A stretch of DNA of 64,000 nt, from positions 1,116,001 through 1,180,000 of the forward strand of contig CBFDEM010000053.1 in the NCBI GenBank assembly GCA_965603825.1, written 5' to 3'. The position numbers and the translations under genes are program-made. Origin of the DNA: Blepharisma stoltei ATCC 30299 (Eukaryota > Protista > Ciliophora). Below the pieces are notes generated by a model. The model saw only the letters and a list, made by a program, of their open reading frames with translations, was not told where the DNA came from and searched no databases. Below are positions 37,327-50,283 of the stretch, one piece after another. The stretch's first letter is position 1, and each line of letters starts with the position of its first letter.

Positions 37327-37695
37327 ATGGCAGACTTCAATACTCTTGGGTTGCAATTTGCACAATTTTATTACAACGGTTTCCAATCAAACAGAGAAAG
37401 CTTAAGAGTTTTATTCAATGCAGACTCAATGCTTACTTTCGAGTCAGATCACTTTAAAGGAGCAGATGCTATTATGGTAAAATTCCATTCACTTACTGCC
37501 CAAAGCATTGTTCATCACATCCTGACTTTAGATGTACAGCCTTCTACAACCCAAGGTAGCATGATTATTCTTGTCACTGGACAGCTACAAATGGATCAAG
37601 ACGCCCCACTTAAATTCTCGCAAGTTTTCCATTTGATTCCAGCTGCAGGGTCATATGTGTGCACAAATAATCTTTTCAGACTTAACCTCGGGTAA
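37327..37695 (+). CDS. NTF2: Nuclear transport factor 2
   Basis: FAQFYYNGF, SMLTFE, LDVQP, VTGQL, FSQVFHL and NNLFRLN. Confidence 0.93.
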   Translation: MADFNTLGLQFAQFYYNGFQSNRESLRVLFNADSMLTFESDHFKGADAIMVKFHSLTAQSIVHHILTLDVQPSTTQGSMIILVTGQLQMDQDAPLKFSQVFHLIPAAGSYVCTNNLFRLNLG

Positions 37696-37885
37696 GCCTA
37701 ATTAACAAGATTATAATTAAAAATGATTTGGAAAGATATAAGAGAAATATTCATCAAAATAAAACTCAGTCTGATAGAAAAAAATATAAACCATGCCCTT
37801 ATATAAATAATTGTGCATTTCTAGTCAAGCATAAAGATTAAGTACTAATTATGTATTCAAATTTATTTTTGGTAGAAAATGAATA

Positions 37886-40800
37886 TTAAATCTTAGGCAT
37901 TAAAGGAAACTCATCCAGTAGCGCTCGCTTCAGATCATCATAAGAGCTAAGTGTGCTTGTCATTGACGTTTTGCGGAAATTCCCAATATGGTCTAGCAGT
38001 TCTTCCAGCTTTGCTTCATTTTTCGAGTAAGTTTCTGAAATTGTCAGAAGTTTTTCAGGGCCACTATGCTCTATGACTCCCATTTTCTCAAATGTATGAA
38101 GAGCATTTTTTAAGTTTTCTAATGAGCAAGACTCGTAAAATGCTAGACCTCTTTCCTCATACATGTTTTCTGCAAACCATTGAACGTTTTGTAAAGCTTT
38201 CTCAAATTTAGGATGCTGCCTTGTTCTTAAAGCTAAAGAAAATACTAATGTTACCCAATATGAATCAATAACAGGCCACAAAAGGGAGCATAAAAATGAG
38301 ATCATCAGCTCTCCATTTTGCTTGATTTTTATTTTATCCTCAATTTCTTCTAAAACCCCTCTTTTCTTCAACACCTTCAAAGAATTCTCAATTGCTTCTT
38401 CTTTTGACGTTGAAAATCTGCTTACAAACTCTTTTTCAATTAAATTCCACAAAAATAAGGTCTCTACAATAACTCTTTCTTTTGAGACCCCAGAATTCCA
38501 GGCAAGTTTTTCTCCGAAACTATATAAAGCACATGCACAAAGGGCCTCACCAATAAAAATATGATGCAAAGCATTTCTATAATAGGAAAGCAGCAAAATA
38601 TTTTTGTAGTCATCTCTCATAGAGATGCTTGGCTCGAAAACATCTTTTTTGTGCGAAATTGTGTTGCCTAGATGGCTTATTGCATTTCGTACAGAAGCCT
38701 GGGCACTGCCACTGTCAACTCCTCCGACTTTCCAGCCTCGGATTTTAATTTCGTCTCGGAGTCATTCTACTTTAGAAACAAGTTCATCGTCAGAGACACC
38801 TCTTCTATGCATAAGAAGAACTGCGGCTACTAGAGAAGTTGGCATAATCATTATATGGTCTTGGAGCCTGTAAACTATTTCATAGCCTAAAAGCTTGTTG
38901 ATGTTATCTTTGGCCTGGTGGTTGACGATTTGATTAGATGGGACTTTTGAGAGCGAAAAAGCTTTGATTGAGATTGGTTCGCTTAAAGTGACATAAATCT
39001 TCCCAAAGTTCATATTCAAAATTTTTGATGATTTCACAACTCTTAATAAAGATTCCCTTACTTTTTCTTCACCAAGAAGCTCAAAAGGAAAAGTTTCGCC
39101 TTCAAGGACTCTTTCATAGTTAATTGTGACTGGGACAAAATGGATATCTTGAACTTCTCCTTCAAAAAAGGCTTCAGTGCACATTGAAAGAAGCCCAAAT
39201 TTAGGGTGTAGAGTCTTTCCTGTCCGGCTTCTAGTTCCCTCAACGAAAAATTCAAGAATTTGTTGGTCTCTTAACAACTGCTTCATGTATTCAGATAAAA
39301 TAGCTGCATACAAGTGGTCACCTGACACTCTTCTTTTAATAAAGAAAGCCCCAGTCGTTCTTAATAAATGATTGATTAGAGTGATACTCAAAAACTCGTC
39401 AGTGGCTGCAATGTATGGTATTTTGATATTGAATGAAAAAAATACATAAGACATAATCAAAAAATCGATATAGCTTCTATGTGTAGGCACCAGTACAATA
39501 GGACCTGTATTCTTCAGTTTTAATTCTTTAATTTTCATAAGAGCTTCCTGATTGACTTCAACTTTTTCATAAATCGTTCTCCAAATTTTCCTCAAGAACC
39601 ATCCAAATACCCTAACCATTGGCATTCTAAGGTCGCAAGCCATTCTGTCGATGATGTGTTGAGCTTTTCTGTGCAAGGCGCTTTCACTGGTATTTTTATC
39701 TTCCTCTGCAAGCTTTCGGATCACTTCTTGGACCTTAGGAGCATTGATGATCATTGATTTCATTTCATGAAGTCCTCTTATGAACATTGGTTCTCCGTGG
39801 TTATAGGCCCAAGTGATATCAGAGAAATATTGGCGTTTTCGGTAATCCCAATTGATGTTAAGAGATGTGGAGTCTGCTGAAGGTGGGTCGGCTGGCTCTT
39901 TCAGCACGAATTTTTTAAGACCATAGCAGAAGTTAGAAAGGAATATTCTCCAGTCTATTTTAGTGATGTCTAGGTCGAATTTCATAGCTTCATCACGAGT
40001 TAAGCCTTTCTGTAAAGCACTTAGATTTTGGCTCGAAAAGATCCAATCGTTTAAAGTGAAATGGGAAAAGACTTGTCCAATCACTCGTTCTCTTCCTAAC
40101 ACTTTTTTAAACCTAAGTGCATTTTTGACAACTGCTTGGTTTCCTGTCAATTGTCCGTACTTTAAGAACAGTCAGGCTGGAAGCTGCCTCCTGACTTTAT
40201 GCATTGCATCATAAGCTTTCAAGTTTTTGTAAAATGCTATACTTACAGAAGAAATAGCTTTGCTTGATGGAAACTTTTGCCAGTAGTTAGAACTTACGTC
40301 TGCACAAGTACCCAAAGTCACTGGGTTAACTGAACTTGTGCCAAGCATCAAAATTTCTACTTTGTTTGGCCTGCAAAGCTTAGCTGCTGCTACTATAATA
40401 CCGTTTGCAACGATATCAACTGGGATTTGGTCCAAAATTGTTTTTCTGTTCCCAAGCCCTACTTTAAGAATTCCAAGCCCGATGGAGAAGAAAAAGGTTC
40501 CTGCTGCAGAAACGCTATCAATCCACCCTGGGACTGGCTCTCTTCAGCTGCTCCCAATAATTGAAGGTCTCATAATGCAAATGGGCATATCTTTAACTTC
40601 GTCTTTTATTAAATTCTCAGTTAGGTTTTTAGTAAATGTATAAGTATTTGGGTAAGGAGTTATAATATCTGGTGTCCTTCTTTCAATTTCTTCCACACTA
40701 AGCTGCAATAAATCTTGCAATAGCTGCCTAGGCTTCCAACTGACAGGATAGATTTTTTCTTCGACCCATCCTTTTTGTATGCAATTGACGTAAGCAGTTG

Positions 40801-41263
40801 AGACTTGCACAAAGGCTACTAAATTCTTGCATTGCTTTCCTAAGTCTATAACTCTTAGGGTCCCCAATGTGTTTATTTGTAAAGCTTGGTCAAGTCTTTG
40901 ATTGAAATCAATTGAAGCTGCAGAGTTCATAATGATGTTTACATTGTCTATCAAATGTTGACGATCTTGAGGGGATAAGGCTAAGGCTTCTTGCTGAAGG
41001 TCACCTTCAATTGGAAATACCTTTGCTTGAATGAAATCATCAAAGGCAAGCTCTCTTGCTCTAAGTCTATCAAAAATAGGCGAATCAATTATTTCTTTTC
41101 TAAACCTTTCGCCAGCGATAGTGTTTTTTTTGTGTCGAATGAAGACGTAAATTCTGTTAATTTGTGGTAGGGAGTATAGAATCTTTTCTAAAAGGACTTT
41201 TCCAACAAATCCTGTACAGCCTGTCACAAGAATATTTTTACCCTCATAAAAAGCCTCAACCAT
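37886..41263 (-). CDS. Bifunctional fatty acyl-CoA reductase / DHAP (glycerol-3-phosphate) acyltransferase, FARAT-type (~1125 aa)
   Basis: One frame with TGA=Trp at 40544, 40172 and 38762. FAR motifs TGCTGFVGKV, STAYV, PNTYTFTK, S(W)REPVPGW. Acyltransferase motifs HRSYIDF, GAFFIKR, FFVEGTRSR. C-terminal PKI is PTS1-like. Confidence 0.93.
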
Positions 41264-41692
41264 TTTTTATTATAAAGTTGATGATGTCAGCATAAGAGCT
41301 ATCCGCTTATCCTGAGAAAGCTTAATTGGCATTATTATAATAGGATATTATCAAAGTTACCTTTTATAATTTTTCAAAATTTCATTGCTTCTTATAAGAA
41401 TTTAAGCAGATATACTTAAAATAGTTCATTTCGGAGTAATTAAAAATAGTGATCTTCTTTGGATACTATGATGGTATGTTATTATTTTGAAATTTAAAAA
41501 TAATAAGGAAATCTTTTTAATGTTTATTTTCTTTTAATTTTAATTATTTGTTCAACGATAGTATCTATGATATATTTAAGCTTTTCTCAATTTTTAATTA
41601 AAAATCTTGAAATTACTGTATAATTTCTTCTAAGTAAATAAAAATTCATAATATTCACAGACTAATTAACGATTTTTATCCTAAAGTATTAT

Positions 41693-42073
41693 TTAGAATC
41701 TAGGCCTGTCTTTCTTGGTATCATAGTCTGGGCGGATTCCACCATACTTCTTGATTCCTTCTTCTGCATACCATTTAGGATTTCCCTGGCATTTATTGAA
41801 GAGATCCATTTCAAACTCACAAGCAAGTAGATTTCCTGAGTACTTATAAAAGCATTCTCTATAATTATTCATAGGGCCTAAGCAGATTGGCTCAGTTTCT
41901 TCAACTTTTTCATAGCATTTTAGTAGGTTTAGAGATTCTTTTTGGCAGAGTTCAGGACGATGCTGACCCATATAGTCTAGCTGCCTGCAATCTTCATAAT
42001 CATAAACTTGCTCTCTACATACATCAAATGCCCTTTGAGCGTGAAGAATAATTTCATCGGTGGGAGAATACAT
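41693..42073 (-). CDS. Quadruple-CX9C protein, NDUFA8-like complex I accessory subunit
   Basis: Four CX9C motifs: CREQVYDYEDC, CQKESLNLLKC, CLGPMNNYREC and CEFEMDLFNKC. Confidence 0.6.
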   Translation of the reverse strand: MYSPTDEIILHAQRAFDVCREQVYDYEDCRQLDYMGQHRPELCQKESLNLLKCYEKVEETEPICLGPMNNYRECFYKYSGNLLACEFEMDLFNKCQGNPKWYAEEGIKKYGGIRPDYDTKKDRPRF

Positions 42074-42276
42074 TTATTATTTATCAAAAGTCATTCAATT
42101 TTTTCAAAGAATCCATCAAATCAGATTATTTTTGCAGATTATAAGAACAATATATTTTAAAGAAACTTTATCGCCTATCATCTTTGTATAAGGTAAAATA
42201 TTATTCTGCTGAGAATATAGCTATATAAGCATAAAATTAAATCCTAAACCTATCCAATTTCTTACAAAAAATTATT

Positions 42277-42918
42277 TTATCATTTTTCGAAGATAATTGA
42301 ACCATTTAACTTTTTATGTATCCTTTGAAGCTGCAATGTTGTGTTTAAGTTGTCGTGATATATCCTTTTTATGATATATACAATTTCCTTAATAACTTCT
42401 CCTCTAGCAATTTTCTCATTTAAGCATGCAGTTCTACTGCCATTATTCCTATTTTTTTCTATACACTCTAATTCTTCTAACTTTTTGGCAAGACTAGTTG
42501 CTAAAAGTAAATGTGTTTTGTTATTACTACCATTAAGCAAAGCTCTGTTACACATTTGTTCTCATTGAGCTATCGCATTTTGAGGAAATTCCTGCTTGTA
42601 CTCTCAGCATTTCAATAGCCTTTTGACTTCTTTTAATGTATCTAACTCAGAAACAGAAAAAGAGATTGCTTTAGGTATGACCTTTTGAAACGCAGCCTTT
42701 AATTCTTCATCGTTGGAATTTTTAATTATATCGTGCGCTAGGTAAAATAAAGCGAGCTTTTGATGACTTTTTTCTACAGTTTTTATTCACAAATTTACAA
42801 TCAGTTGTATGTGAGTCGGAAACGTAATTAAAAATTCTTGGCATCAGCTTGATACGAATTCAACACTTTCTTTATTGGAATTCAGGTGTGTAAGAAGCTT
42901 TTTAAATTCAGAAACCAT
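42277..42918 (-). CDS. RNA pol II CTD-interacting domain (CID; RPRD1/Rtt103-like) protein (~213 aa)
   Basis: Mostly missed by the track. From ATG 42918: LNSNKESVEFVSS(W)...IVNL(W)...KLALFYLAHDIIKNS...VKRLLKC(W). The conserved CID Trps are all TGA. Ends TGA-TAA. Confidence 0.85.
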
Positions 42919-42969
42919 ATTGGGAATTAGATTTATTTATTAGAAATTATATTAATTTATTAAAAAATA

Positions 42970-45030
42970 TTAAGACCTTGCCTCAGCATTCTTAATTTTT
43001 TTCTTAATTTTCCCATTTTTCCATATCCCTTCATACGAATTTCCATTCTCAAAACTCATTTTTCCATTTCCATGTTTTTGCCCATTAAGCCACTCTCCTT
43101 CATATTGATCTCTATTCTTATAAAAGAAAGCTCCATACCCATTAATAATCCCGTCTTTAAATTGCCCATGATAAATATCTCCACTTGCATATCTCAAAGT
43201 TCCTAATCCATTCTTTTTATCATTTGCCCAATCGCCTTCATATTTATCTCCATTAATAAATGATTGACTTCCACAAACTTTCATCCCATTTTGCCATTTT
43301 CCTTCAAAAACCTCTCCATTGTTATAAGTAAGCTTCCCCTCTCCATCAAATTTATTTTTCTTTAAATATCCTTCATAAACACCCAACCCTATATCTTTGT
43401 AGATGCCTTTTCCTTCCATATAGCCATTTGTCCATTCCCCTTGATAAACATTTCCACTTAAATAGCGATACACTCCAGAGCCATGTTTCAAGCCATCAGC
43501 CCAGTCACCTTGATATACATCTTTGCTTGCATATGTATAAATTCCATTAGTGCCATGAAATTGGCCATCTTTTACAGGTCCTTGATACAGGTCTCCAATC
43601 CTCATATTTACTGTACAAAATCCATTTGGAAGATCTTCAAACCAATCTCCTTCATACCTTGCCCAATCTCCTTTTCTATAAATCATAGACCCTTTTCCAT
43701 GCCTTTTGCCTTTTTTGAAAGCTCCTTCAAATTTATCACCATTTTCGTAATACAAAACACCAGCTCCTTTATAAAGCTGATTTTTGAAATTTCCATCATA
43801 AGTAAGCTTATATTTCTTTTTAATTTCATTGAAAACGCAGAATTTTCCAGGCCCAGTCATCACTCCATTAATTCAGATAGCGTCATATCTTCTTCCATCA
43901 GCGTAAACTAGAGTCCCTTTGCCATCTCTAGCATCTTCTGTGAAATTTCCTGTATATGTGCCATATTCATGCTGAAAAGTGCCTTGCCCATGCTTCATAT
44001 CATTTTGTCACTCTCCTTCATAGATTTCTCCTGAAGCGAAAGTGAGCTTTCCTTTTCCATTTCGTTTTCCATTTTCCCAAAAACCTTCGTACTTATCTCC
44101 GTTTTCATAAATTTTGGTTCCTTCTCCTTGGAAAATATCATCTACAAATTCCCCAAAATATTTATCACCATTAGGACAACTTAAAACTCCTTTTCCATTT
44201 TTCTTGTCATTCTGAAATTCTCCTTCATAATGATCCCCATTACTCAAAGTCAATACTCCCCATCCACTTCTTACATCATTTTTATATTCTCCGTCGTAAA
44301 TTTCTCCGCCTGCTGATCTAAATCTTCCTTTTCCATTTCTTTCATCATCAATATACTCCCCTTCAAATATATCTCCATTTTTCATGATTAATTTTCCATA
44401 GCCATTTCTCTTATGGTCTCTTCAGTTTCCATAAAAAACAGCGTTTTCTGAGAGTGCTGGATAGATATATTGGCAAGTTCCGCACAAAGGAGTATTAGAT
44501 CTATTATAGAAATCAAATAGTTTACTACAAAGATCTTCAATTTGGCTTAAATGCACCATTGGCAGCACAGGCTTCATGAAACATCTTTCATAGTCCATCT
44601 CAAAAGCTTTCATCTCTTCCACAGTTCTCTGATGATCATACTGGATTATAGCATCTAAACCACAATAAGCATAAGTCGTTGAGCATTTTTCAATTCGGTT
44701 CACTTTACTTATAAGCTCATTGTAATGGAAATTTAATTTTCCCAAGAGTTTCATAGAAAGTTCAAGTGTTGTTGCTATTTCTGATAAGCTCTTCATAAGC
44801 TCTGTTTCTAATGATTTTTGAAAGGCACATAAGCGGTTTTTCATGTCTATAATAATTTGCAGGAGGTTTTTCTTGTCAGATTGGTCCACGACCACAAAGA
44901 AAGGAAGAAGCTTGTGCGGCTCCTCACGAAATTTATGTTCATGAATTTTGCAAGAATAGCATCCTTTGGCACATAAACAGTATGAATCAGCCTCATTTTC
45001 GCAGTTAAGGGCAGAACATTTTGGGTTCAT
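42970..45030 (-). CDS. Cys/His-finger + coiled-coil + MORN-repeat protein, paralogue A (~686 aa)
   Basis: Three track ORFs in one frame via TGA=Trp. N-terminal CSALNC...CLCAKGCYSCKIHEH, then many YxGxW/F MORN repeats. Confidence 0.9.
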
Positions 45031-45216
45031 GATTTATATTGGTGAAAGTTAATTCATTTCATTTTTAAAGGTTTGTAGATTTCTTTATAATAATTTATTA
45101 TAATAATGAGATTTAAAGGAAAAACTTTAGTGGATTTTAAAAGAGAACTCTGCTGTGCTTATGCATGAAGGTTAGAAATTCGCTTTAAAGCTTAATAAAA
45201 ATTCTAATAATTAAAA

Positions 45217-45876
45217 ATGTCATATTTAGAAGACTTTGTGAATAACATAAGCTTCTTTCCAGCTGAAATTATAAGGTCTTTAGAGCTCATAAGAGAATTG
45301 GACGACAAAGCTCAAACCACTATGGATGAAGTCCACAACTGCACATCAGGCTACTTCTCCAACTTTAAAAAAGAAGGCAACTCTCCAATCGAAAACACTG
45401 AACTCCTCCAAAAAATTCGCTCAAAGCACCAAGAGTCCCTTAATTTATCAGAAGAGAAAATCTGCATCAGTAAGCAGATGCTAGATATGCTAGAAAACCA
45501 AATTCAGAAAATAAATATTGAGCTAAACTCCTTTAAAAAAGACTTAAAAGCTGATGTGAATGGCGGCGGAGAAGGAAGAGAAGACCCTTATAAGCGAAGG
45601 AAACTTGAAAAAGGAGCCTCGCTTCCTACTAACATTTATGATGACGAGTTGGCCCAACTAGACTTTGAAAGCACTTATGATGCAGTGATGGGATCTGACA
45701 TGAGAGAGCCTGATAAGAAATATTGCTACTGTCAAAAGGATTCTCCTGAAGAAATGATTGGATGTGATAATCCTGGGTGCAAGCGAGAATGGTTCCACTT
45801 TTCGTGTGTAGGGCTTAGCTCAAAGCCTACTGGAACTTGGTATTGTCCTGACTGTTTAAAAGAAGAACAAAATTAA
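45217..45876 (+). CDS. Inhibitor of growth (ING) family PHD-finger protein
   Basis: N-terminal YLEDFVNNISFFPAEIIRSLELIRELD ING domain, and PHD YCYCQ...MIGCDNPGCKREWFHFSCVGL...WYCPDC. Confidence 0.95.
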   Translation: MSYLEDFVNNISFFPAEIIRSLELIRELDDKAQTTMDEVHNCTSGYFSNFKKEGNSPIENTELLQKIRSKHQESLNLSEEKICISKQMLDMLENQIQKINIELNSFKKDLKADVNGGGEGREDPYKRRKLEKGASLPTNIYDDELAQLDFESTYDAVMGSDMREPDKKYCYCQKDSPEEMIGCDNPGCKREWFHFSCVGLSSKPTGTWYCPDCLKEEQN

Positions 45877-45904
45877 TAAGTTGTAAAGGCAATATTATAA
45901 TAAA

Positions 45905-47875
45905 TTAATAAAATGGATTAAAGCAGGATAAGATGTCATTAGATTCTTTTTTGTTATAACGCCACTTACCTTCATAGCCTGAGCCTGATACATAAGTGAT
46001 TTTTCCGTCTCCATGCCTTTGACCATCTTTTCATTGCCCTTTATAGACTGAGCCATTTAAATAGTGATAAGTCCCTTCTCCATCAAACATGTCATTTTTA
46101 AATTCTCCTTCATAATATTCGCCATTGAGCAGCTTAAAACCTCCACGACCGTGTTTTTTGCTATTAAGCAGTTCTCCTTTATATGAATCCCCATTAGCAT
46201 AATTAATTTCTCCTCTCATCAAATCGCCAAAGTTTCATTCTCCAACAATGACCTCGTTTGTTTGATCAAAAATCATTTTTCCTTTACCATGGAATTTGTC
46301 ATATTTGAAGTCTCCAATATAAGTTCCAATTGATTTTTGCATAAAAACTCCATTTCCAGATCTCTGGCCATATTCTCAGTTGCCGTCATAAGTGCTTCCA
46401 TCAGAATAAGTTAGAACTCCTTTTCCATGCTTTTTACCCTCAAACCACATTCCTTTATACGCATCGCCATTAGAGTAAGTGTAGATTCCTTCTCCATGAA
46501 CTTCTCCATTTTTAAAATCCCCTATATATTTTTTTCCCTTTACAGTAAGAGTGCCTTTTCCATTTGGCTGGTCATTTTGCCATTCCCCTACATAAATTTT
46601 ATCAGTTGCCTTGTGTATGAATTTTCCGGTCCCAGATTTTTCCCCTTCCTTCCATCCCCCTTCATATATGTCTCCATTTTCATAGAAATAGCTGCCTTCT
46701 CCATCAAATTTTCCATTTTTAAAGCTGCCTTGATAGCAGAGAATATAACTTTCTTTAAAATATTTTCCAGGGCCATTCAGTTTATCTTGAATTCATTCTC
46801 CTTCATATCTATAGCCATTCTTTAATGTATAAATGCCTTGCCCTTCTTTCATACCATCTTTGAAGTTTCCTACAAACACTCCATCAATATACTCATATGT
46901 TCCAGACCCATTTTGTAAATTATCGTTTCATTCTCCATCATAAAATTCTCCTGATCCAAACCACATCTTGCCCTTTCCGTTTCTTTTCCCATAATGCCAT
47001 CCTCCTTCATATCTATCATTATTAGCATTTTTCCATTTACCGTACCCGTGGTATGTATTTTCCTTAAAATATCCTCAATATTCTTCTCCATTAGCTAAAA
47101 TAAGCTCTCCTTTCCCTTCAATTTTATCATTTTTAAATTCTCCTTTATAAGTATATCCATTTTCAGATGATAGATTACCATAGCCATGCTTCATATCATT
47201 TTTAAAATCTCCCTCATAAGTAACCCCAAATTTTGAGACTAATTTTCCCTTGCCGTGCTTTTTATGTGACTGTCAGGTTCCTTCATAATATTCTCCACCA
47301 GGACATATAAAGCTGCAAGTTCCATTCAATGGATAGCCTGATCTATCAAAAAAAAAATAAACTTGACTATAAAGGTCATCAAAGGCTTGGCTATCAAAAT
47401 TAGGCAAATATTCAGGGATTTTACAACATTTATCGAAATTTATCTCTAGGGCTTTCATTTTTTCTATTGCAGCATCATAACTTGCCCTTAATGCTATATC
47501 TAAGCCGCACATATCATATAAAGTAGGAAGTTTTTCAATTCGATTGATTTCAGAAATAAGAGAATTATATAAATAATCCAGTCTTTTAGTGCTGTTCATG
47601 ACTGTTTCAAGAATTATTGTCGCTTCTTCTATCGATTTTAAAATCTCATATTCAACTTTCTTCTGCCATGTGTTGAGTCTACACTTTATTTGAAGGACTG
47701 CTTTAATGAGATTATGCCTATCAGACTTATCAATTTCAGCTATAAATGGAACTCATTGGTGATTTTGATTAGAGCTTATAACTTTATGACTAGCACATGA
47801 AAAACAATTTTCTGAGCATTTGCAGTAATAGTCAACAGCCTCATCACATTTGGATGAAATGCAGCGCTTTTCCAT
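45905..47875 (-). CDS. Cys/His-finger + coiled-coil + MORN-repeat protein, paralogue B (~656 aa)
   Basis: ATG 47875 (MEKRCISSKCDEAVDYYCKCSENCFSCASH). The MORN frame is continuous with TGA=Trp to TAA at 45905. Confidence 0.85.
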
Positions 47876-47915
47876 ATTATTATAAAACCATTGCAAATAT
47901 AGTTAAAAAATAAAA

Positions 47916-49884
47916 TTATTTGTTGAAGCTAAGCCTTTGTAAGAACCCTCCAACTCCTGATTTCTTATTTTTCTTCCATAGACCTTCATGAACAGCCCCT
48001 GAGGCATATGTCATTTTTCCCGTTCCTTCTTTGAGTCCCATTTTAAGCTCTCCTTCATAAATATCCCCATTGCGATATTCATATCTTCCAATGCCAGTGA
48101 TATTATCATTTCTAAATTCTCCTTGATAAGAATCGCCTGAGCTAAATATCATAACCCCCACACCATGTTTTTTCATTCATTTCCCATAAGCCATCGTAAA
48201 CGTCTCCATTCATGTATGTATATTTCCCTTTAACTCTGAATCCGTTAATCCAATCTCCTTCAAAACTTTCATTGTTGAGGAATGTTATTTTCCCTTTTCC
48301 ATCAAATTTGTCGTTTTTAAAATAGCCTTCATATGATCCTACTGTTGGATTGAAAAGCTTACCGTATCCACATTTTTTATCATTAACCCATTCTCCCTCG
48401 TAACTATTTCCATTCGGCAAAGTGATTCTTCCTCTGCCATTTCGTTTTCCTTCTACCCAGTTTCCATAATAGATTTCTTGAGTTGCATAATAAAAAGTCC
48501 CATCTCCATGAAATAGCCCGTCTTTGAAGTATCCTTCGTATTTTTCTCCGGGAAGTGATAGAATTCCTCTTCCTGTCATTTGGTCTTCTTCCCAATTGCC
48601 ATCATACCATTTATCTCCTGACTTGTATTGAAACTTTCCTCTCCCATTTCTTTTGCCTCCTTTTCATAGCCCTTCATATCTATCCCCATTTTCATAGAAG
48701 CACACTCCTTTTCCAGAGAATTCTGAGTCTTTGAATTCTCCTTTATAATACATAGAATTATCCTTGGTATAAACAGTGCCGCTTCCATTGAGTTTGTCAT
48801 TTTCCCAGTTTCCGTCATATTTTTTGCCATTCATTGCTTTAAGTACCCCTTTTCCAGATTTCATCCCATCTCAAAACATTCCTTCATAAACTCCATCTTC
48901 ATTTCTATAGACCCCTTTTCCATAATATGTATCATATTTAAACTCTCCATGGTAAAATTCGCCTGACACAAAAGTCATGTCTCCATATCCCCATCTAAGG
49001 CCATACTTCCATGTTCCTTCATACCTGCTTCCTTCTTTATCAATCCAAGTGCCTTCTCCATGAAATTGATTATCGCTAAACGAGCCTGTTAATATTTCTC
49101 CTGTGTCTAGCTCCAATGTGCCTTTTCCGTCCATCTTGTTATTTTTAAAATCTCCTTTATAGCTACAACCATTAGAAAACTCCATTTTGCCTTTTCCGTC
49201 CTTTGCATCATTTTTGAAATCCCCTTCATATTGATCTCCTTCTTTTGTGATTAATTTTCCTTGGCCATTTCTTTGGTGCTCAAACCACTCGCCATCATAG
49301 ATGTCACCATTAGGATAAGTATAAGTGCAAAGCCCACAAAGTGGGGTGTTTTCTCTGTTTGAGAATTTTTTTATTTTTTTCATGATTTCTACGAATGAAT
49401 TTGTATCGAAAGTTGGCATAGCTGGCTTCATGAAGTATTTTCCATACTCAAGCTCTAGAGCTTTTATTTCTTCGCTCATAGCACTGTAATCCAGCCTCAG
49501 AATTGAGTCTAATTTGCAGTAGGAATAAATTGTAGGAATGCTTTCAATTCTATAAATCTCTGATATTAAACTGTTGTAAAGATAATTGAGATCAGTTAAA
49601 ATCTTCATTGAGTTTTCTAGAGTTTCGGCTATCTGGGTAATTGCACCAGTGAGCTCAGCTTTTAAGTTTTCTTTAAATAATTCCGCTCGCCTTTTCATCT
49701 GAATTACCATGTTCATCAAGTTCATTTTATCTGATTTGTCCAGCCTAATGTAAAAAGGAGTCAGCTTGTGGGGACTGCTCGCAAACTTATGCTCGTGGGA
49801 ATGGCATGAATAACACTTATTAGGGCAAGAACAGAAAGCGACAGCTTCATTTTCGCAGTTTAATGCTGTGCACTTTTTATTCAT
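47916..49884 (-). CDS. Cys/His-finger + coiled-coil + MORN-repeat protein, paralogue C (1-nt frameshift at 48168-48173)
   Basis: MNKKCTALNCENEAVAFCSC start. The MORN frame is continuous until an A6 run, after which the repeats continue in the +1 frame to TAA 47916. Confidence 0.8.
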
Positions 49885-50283
49885 TTAATTATTATTTTTA
49901 GTTGGTCTTATGGAATAGAATTAAAATGAGTTAAAATTTGTTTAAGAAATTTCCAATTGTAGACTATATGAAGAAGATTTTTCTATAATGTAAATGGAAT
50001 AAAGAATTCTTAATTTTACCCATGGATTTTCTGAATTTTTATTTTGAAAAGGTTTTTCTATAGAAAAGCATTTATAAGTCCATTCTATAAATGCAAGAAT
50101 CTAGCAATTAGATTTTTCTATGTGCATGGCTTTGGCTATTAAAACTATAAAATATCACCACTTTTTGCATTTAACCTTAAATTATATATAAAATGCCAAA
50201 AAACTATGAATTTATGCAAATTGTGCTTTTGCCAATCCATGCACTTTCTTATTATTTACAATATTGATTATGACTATTACAAA

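Noticed and set aside
48142-48163. 22-nt GT-AG intron repairing the MORN-C frameshift
   Set aside because: The size is wrong for this genome, and it would delete the conserved HGxG MORN motif.
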